DNA from: Chloroflexi bacterium RBG_16_48_8
Lineage (GTDB): Bacteria > Chloroflexota > Anaerolineae > Anaerolineales > E44-bin32
Reading direction: 5' to 3'
DNA length: 31,738 nucleotides
NCBI GenBank assembly: GCA_001795115.1
Contig: MGNI01000093.1
Span: forward strand, 7,321-39,058
Of the stretch, positions 27,341 to 31,738 are shown piece after piece; within the stretch, counting starts at the first letter, position 1; each line of letters starts with the position of its first letter. The position numbers and the translations under genes were made by a program. Under the pieces are notes generated by a model that saw only the letters and a program-made list of their open reading frames with translations, was not told the origin of the DNA and did not search any database.

Positions 27341-28528
27341 TCATCGCAAGCCGAGTTCCAAACGTGAAATGACCAAACGCTGAATTTCGCTGGTTCCTTC
27401 GTAGATTTCCGTGATCTTGGCATCCCGGAAATAACGCTCAATCGGAAGTTCCTTGGAGTATCCCATGCCTCCATGGATTTGAACTGCAGCGTGGGCGCAG
27501 AACATAGCCGTTTCTGAAGCGTAGAGTTTGGCCATGGAGGCTTCCAGGGTATAGCGAGCTCCTGTGACTTTGGACTTTTCTTTAGCAAGTGCTGCTTGAT
27601 AAATCAGGAGCCTACTGGCTTCGATACGGGTTTTCATATCGGCTAATTTAAACGAAATTCCCTGGAACTCACCAATTTTTTGACCAAAAGCCTCCCGTTG
27701 GCGTGCGTACTCAATGCTAGCTTCATATGCGGCCTCGGCGATTCCGAGAGCCTGGGAGGCGATTCCAATGCGACCCGCGTCAAGGACAACCATCGCAATT
27801 TTAAAGCCTTGACCCTCATCACTCAATCGGTTCTCCACAGGACATCGATAATTTTCCAGAAGGATCTCGCTTGTTCCAGATGCACGGATACCCAGTTTCG
27901 GCTCGGTCTTGCCTCGGCTGAAACCGGGTTGATCAGTCTCAACGATAAAGGCAGTAATGCCTCGATGCATTTTCTCGGGATCCGTCATCGAGAAGACAAT
28001 AATGTAATCGGCGTAGGGTGCACTGCTGACCCAGGATTTCCGTCCGTTCAGGACATATTCATCCCCTTCCAACACCGCTCGTGAGCGCATTGTAGCAGCA
28101 TCTGAACCGGACATGGGTTCGGTAAGGGAGTAAGCACCTACGCATTTCCCTGAAGCCACTGGGAGAAGGAATTTGGCCTTCTGTTCCTCTGTGCCGAATC
28201 GATAGATGGCATGACAAAAAAGCGAGTTGTTTACCGACATAATGGTGCCGTGAGCTGCATCTGCTTTACAAATCTCCTCAAGGGCGAGGACATAGGAAAG
28301 GGTATCCAGCCCTGCACCACCATATTCTTCAGGAATCTCAATTCCCATGAAACCCATCTCGCCCATTTTCCGTATGCTGTTGATAGGAAAATCCCCGCTC
28401 TCATCGAACTCGGTGGCGATTGGTACGAGTTCGTTTTGTGCGAAATCACGAGCAGCCTGACGGATCATTTCATGTTCGGAGGTGAGAGTGAGGTTGGGGC
28501 CAGCATTGGATCCTTCTGTAATAACCAT
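27341..28528 (-). CDS. Acyl-CoA dehydrogenase (short/branched-chain type)
   Basis: PEEYGGAG, YSLTEPMSGSDA, LNGRKSW, KLGIRAS, LDAGRIGIA, REAFGQKI, HGGMGY, ITEIYEGTSEIQR (catalytic Glu); RBS AGGAGG. Confidence 0.95.
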   Translation of the reverse strand: MVITEGSNAGPNLTLTSEHEMIRQAARDFAQNELVPIATEFDESGDFPINSIRKMGEMGFMGIEIPEEYGGAGLDTLSYVLALEEICKADAAHGTIMSVNNSLFCHAIYRFGTEEQKAKFLLPVASGKCVGAYSLTEPMSGSDAATMRSRAVLEGDEYVLNGRKSWVSSAPYADYIIVFSMTDPEKMHRGITAFIVETDQPGFSRGKTEPKLGIRASGTSEILLENYRCPVENRLSDEGQGFKIAMVVLDAGRIGIASQALGIAEAAYEASIEYARQREAFGQKIGEFQGISFKLADMKTRIEASRLLIYQAALAKEKSKVTGARYTLEASMAKLYASETAMFCAHAAVQIHGGMGYSKELPIERYFRDAKITEIYEGTSEIQRLVISRLELGLR

Positions 28529-28565
28529 GTTTCCCTCCTGTCGCTTCTATCTGAGTGGCGGAGCG

Positions 28566-28576
28566 ATTATAGCATG
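28566..28576 (-). promoter_or_regulatory. Extended -10 promoter for the acyl-CoA dehydrogenase
   Basis: Minus strand CATGCTATAAT, about 38 nt upstream of the ATG. Confidence 0.6.
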
Positions 28577-28718
28577 CAGATAAGCTGGATGCTTATTGGA
28601 GCTATGTTTTTCAATTTTCAGGAGGGGAATTCACCTGACCTTCCGGTAAGATATAAAAATAATGAGAAGGAATTTTCCGGGAAGGTGACAAGTGATGGCC
28701 ACCTTCAGAAGTTCGCCT

Positions 28719-28747
28719 TTGACCCGCTGCTGGTCAAAAGGTAGAAT
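28719..28747 (+). promoter_or_regulatory. Sigma-70 promoter for gatCAB overlapped by an inverted repeat
   Basis: TTGACC (28719-28724), 17 nt, TAGAAT (28742-28747); TTTGACC-N7-GGTCAAA palindrome at 28718-28738. Confidence 0.65.
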
Positions 28748-28783
28748 CATTGTCGATTGCCACCATTCTAAGGAGATAATTCT

Positions 28784-29104
28784 GTGCCGGATGAAATAAC
28801 GCGGGAAATTTTTGATCATCTTGTTGATCTAGCTGCTTTGGAGATGGAGGAAGAAGAAGCCGAATATCTTCGATGCGAGTTGAACAGCCAACTGAATGCC
28901 ATTCATGAATTGGAAGCCATCGAACTCAATCCTGAAATTCCCATTACTTCACATGGTGTGCCTTATACAGATGCTATCAGTGCGCCCCTACGCCAAGACC
29001 AAATTGAGCCCTTCAAAGATGTGGATGCCATTCTAGGGCAGGCTCCAGAGGTCGAAGGTCGCTATATCCTTGTACCAGATATTCCGACCGAGGAATTGGT
29101 ATGA
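28784..29104 (+). CDS. gatC: Asp/Glu-tRNA amidotransferase subunit C
   Basis: FDHLVDLAALEM, LRQD, ILGQAPE, YILVPDI; RBS AAGGAG; overlaps the gatA start. Confidence 0.85.
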   Translation: MPDEITREIFDHLVDLAALEMEEEEAEYLRCELNSQLNAIHELEAIELNPEIPITSHGVPYTDAISAPLRQDQIEPFKDVDAILGQAPEVEGRYILVPDIPTEELV

Positions 29105-30699
29105 GCGAACATTTATGTGACTTACCGGCTTGTGTGATTGCACGAGAAGTGCGCAATGGGGCACTCTCGGCCGTAGATGTCCTTGAGTCAACCTTGGCAC
29201 GAATAGATGCGGTGGAAGGAAAATCACCCTCTTCTGCAAGATATGAGCCTGAACCAGAAGATCTGGAGAAAATTCATGCCTTCATCACAATCACACGGGA
29301 TCGGGCACGTTCCCAAGCTGAAGCTGTTGATAGGACTGTTGAAAAGGGGGAGGATCCTGGCCTTTTAGCAGGGGTGCCAGTTGCCATCAAGGACATTTTC
29401 TGTGTCCAAGGTACACCTTCCACTGCAGGTTCCAGGATTCTTGAGCCTTTTGTTTCTCCCTATAGTGCAACACCTGCAGAAAGATTGGAACAAGCGGGTG
29501 CGGTAACAGTTGGGAAGGTCAATTTGGATGAGTTTACCTTCGGCTCTTCGAATGAATCTTCAGCGTTTCTTCCGCCTGTGGGCAACCCATGGAATCCAGC
29601 GTATGTTCCCGGTGGGTCCTCCGGAGGCAGTGCTGCAGCCGTTGCTGCTGGGGAGGCGGCGATCTCTTTAGGTACGGACACAGCTGGATCGATCCGTCAA
29701 CCAGCTGCGTTCTGCGGTGTGGTAGGTCTCAAACCAACCTATGGTCGAGTCTCCCGCTATGGGTTGATCGCATTTGCTTCTTCCCTGGACTGCCCAGGTC
29801 CGGTCACGAGGAACGTCACGGATGCTGCCCTTGCAATGAATGTGATTGCGGGGCCGGATACCCACGATTCAACAGCGGCGAATATCCTTGTTGCGGATTA
29901 CACAGTACGACTTGAGAGGGGTGTGAAAGGTTTGCGGATCGGACTTTCACCTGATTACTTCCAATTGAAATACCCCGATCCTGATAGTGGTGAATTGCGA
30001 GAACAATCTATCACCAAAGAGATCGCGGATTGTGTTTACCGTGCGGCAGCTCTTTTCTCGGATGCTGGTGCTGAGATTGTTGAGGATATTCCCATGCCAA
30101 ACACGCATTACGGTATTCCCGCCTATTTTGTCATCTCGCGGGTTGAGGCTGCCTCAAATTTACACCGGTACGACGGAGTTAAATATGGCTATCGTTATTC
30201 GGGTGAGGTTAGTGATCTGCGGCAGTCATATCGTGAGACTCGAGCCAGGGGATTTGGCCGTCAGGTTAAACTACGGATTTTGATGGGGATGTATGTATCA
30301 GCCGAGCAATATGAGAAGGGCTATTATGAGCGTGCCCTTCGTGTACGAACGTTAATCCGACAGGATTTTGAAAAAGTATTTGATCCGGACGGGAAGCACA
30401 AATTGGATTGCTTATTGGCAGCAACCACCCCCACAACAGCATTTAAAATTGGCGCTATTTATGGCGATTCGGTTCTGATGCAGTATGCAGATCTTCTCAC
30501 CGTTCCAGCCAATCATGCTGGCGTGCCAGGCCTCTCTATTCCAGTTGGTTTGGATCGACAAGGGCTACCGATCGGGATTCAAATCCTTGGTCCCGACTTT
30601 TCGGAGGAAAGGTTGTTGCAAATTGGACGAGCCTTTGAGATTCTTACCGAAAGCGAATCTTGGCGAGAAGTCAAACCTCAGGTGATGGCAAAATTGTAG
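29101..30699 (+). CDS. gatA: Asp/Glu-tRNA amidotransferase subunit A
   Basis: Amidase signature AIKD...GKVNLDEF...PGGSSGGSAAAVA...SLGTDTAGSIRQPA, GLKPTYGRVSRYG, SNLHRYDG; located between gatC and gatB. Confidence 0.93.
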   Translation: MSEHLCDLPACVIAREVRNGALSAVDVLESTLARIDAVEGKSPSSARYEPEPEDLEKIHAFITITRDRARSQAEAVDRTVEKGEDPGLLAGVPVAIKDIFCVQGTPSTAGSRILEPFVSPYSATPAERLEQAGAVTVGKVNLDEFTFGSSNESSAFLPPVGNPWNPAYVPGGSSGGSAAAVAAGEAAISLGTDTAGSIRQPAAFCGVVGLKPTYGRVSRYGLIAFASSLDCPGPVTRNVTDAALAMNVIAGPDTHDSTAANILVADYTVRLERGVKGLRIGLSPDYFQLKYPDPDSGELREQSITKEIADCVYRAAALFSDAGAEIVEDIPMPNTHYGIPAYFVISRVEAASNLHRYDGVKYGYRYSGEVSDLRQSYRETRARGFGRQVKLRILMGMYVSAEQYEKGYYERALRVRTLIRQDFEKVFDPDGKHKLDCLLAATTPTTAFKIGAIYGDSVLMQYADLLTVPANHAGVPGLSIPVGLDRQGLPIGIQILGPDFSEERLLQIGRAFEILTESESWREVKPQVMAKL

Positions 30700-30788
30700 T
30701 TAAGAGCAAAATCGTTTTCCATGGGGTGGCACTGCTGCCAGTTGCAAAAGGAAGGGAAACCCGAGCGTATCGAAAAAAGGAAAGATGC

Positions 30789-31738
30789 ATGCAAGACTAC
30801 GAGAGCATTATTGGCCTGGAAACGCATATTCAATTGAATACGAAGACGAAGATCTTTTGCGGCTGCAAAGCAGACTCTTGGACGGATCCGCCTAATACCA
30901 ATATCTGTCCCGTTTGTACCGGTCTGCCAGGCGTCCTCCCTGTGCTTAACCAAGCTGTTGTCGAAAAGGCCATATTGCTCTCACTTGCCATGCATGTCGA
31001 TGCAGTCCAAACCGTATCCTACTTCGCTCGCAAGAATTATTTCTATCCAGATCTCCCTAAGGGGTATCAAATCAGCCAGTATAACGAGCCACTGGCCAGA
31101 GGGGGGTATATGGATATCGCCATGCCGGATGGTGCGATTCACCGAATTATCATACACAAGCTGCATATTGAAGAGGATGCTGGAAAGACAGTTTATCAAA
31201 ATAGACAGCGGTTGATCGATTTTAATCGTTGTGGCGTTCCGTTGGTAGAAATGGTTACGGGTCCGGATTTCCGCTCGGCAGATGAGGCTGCACAGTTCCT
31301 GATCCGATTGCGGCAGCTGTTGCGGTGGCTGGGGATCTCTGAGGCGGATATGGAGCGCGGGCAATTGACATGCTATGCAAACGTCTCCGTTCGACCGCTT
31401 GGAGAGCAGGGTCTAAATCCCAAGACGGAGATTAAGAACGTCAACTCGATTGAGAATATACGATCCGCGATCCAAGCTGAGATTGAACGGCAGATTCGTG
31501 AGGTAGAGGATGGGAATGAGATTCACGCCTGGACCCTCGATTGGGACGAAGATAGCCAAACATTGAGCAAAATGCGTTCAAAGGAGACAGAGGCTGATTA
31601 TCGTTATTTCCGAGAGCCCGATCTGTTGCCTATCCGTGTATCAGATGCCTGGCTGGTTGAATTAAAAGCAGAACTCCCCGAACTACCCCTTGAACGTCGA
31701 GAAAGGTTTATTCAGGAATATCATGTACCCATGTATGA
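30789..31738 (+). CDS. gatB: Asp/Glu-tRNA amidotransferase subunit B (3'-truncated by the window edge)
   Basis: Open from ATG 30789 to the end: IGLETHIQL, FCGC, CPVCTGLPG, RKNYFYPDLPKGYQISQ, HIEEDAGK, DFNRCGVPLVE, EIKNVNS, MRSKE, DYRYF. Absent from the ORF track because it has no stop. Confidence 0.93.
   Translation, partial: MQDYESIIGLETHIQLNTKTKIFCGCKADSWTDPPNTNICPVCTGLPGVLPVLNQAVVEKAILLSLAMHVDAVQTVSYFARKNYFYPDLPKGYQISQYNEPLARGGYMDIAMPDGAIHRIIIHKLHIEEDAGKTVYQNRQRLIDFNRCGVPLVEMVTGPDFRSADEAAQFLIRLRQLLRWLGISEADMERGQLTCYANVSVRPLGEQGLNPKTEIKNVNSIENIRSAIQAEIERQIREVEDGNEIHAWTLDWDEDSQTLSKMRSKETEADYRYFREPDLLPIRVSDAWLVELKAELPELPLERRERFIQEYHVPMY

Noticed and set aside
27211-28744. ORFs 27211-27588 (-), 27680-28084 (+) and 28211-28744 (+)
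   Set aside because: Alternate-frame or antisense overlaps of the acyl-CoA dehydrogenase without protein-family features.
30678-31364. Track ORFs 30678-30953, 30958-31215 and 30981-31364 suggesting a broken gatB
   Set aside because: gatB is continuous in one frame from 30789 to the window end; these ORFs are shadows.
1-31738. CRISPR arrays, transposases, integrases, rRNA/tRNA
   Set aside because: No regularly spaced repeats or recognisable motifs for any of these.

Overview
A roughly 50% GC bacterial chromosomal window with no CRISPR array, rRNA, tRNA or transposase that I can recognise. Gene style (Thr/Pro-linker lipoproteins, split acyl-CoA mutase, bactofilin-like membrane protein, DnaE type) suggests Chloroflexota/Anaerolineae; this is inference. 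Order: (+) end of an ECF sigma factor, zinc anti-sigma, bactofilin-like membrane protein, toast-rack/DUF2154-like lipoprotein; a ~600-bp structured intergenic region; dnaE, ATP-type pfkA and a PPi-type PFK; then a ~19-kb (-) strand block: frameshifted PflX-like radical SAM, lipoprotein, isobutyryl-CoA-mutase-type large subunit, methylmalonyl-CoA epimerase, a decayed gene, membrane protein, lysophospholipase, SDR, methylmalonyl-CoA mutase large subunit, CYTH protein, BCCP, biotin carboxylase, hydrolase, carboxyltransferase, membrane protein, MDR oxidoreductase, GT39-like glycosyltransferase and acyl-CoA dehydrogenase; finally (+) gatC-gatA-gatB (gatB truncated by the window edge). Best leads: (1) a candidate ~300-nt promoter-defined, end-paired non-coding RNA upstream of dnaE; (2) two B12-mutase large subunits with opposite specificity residues (Tyr/Arg versus Phe/Gln) and a CYTH enzyme, possibly a tripolyphosphatase, coupled to one of them; (3) a GatB with substitutions in normally conserved motifs; (4) tandem ATP- and PPi-type PFKs. 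All family assignments are from motif recognition, not database searches.
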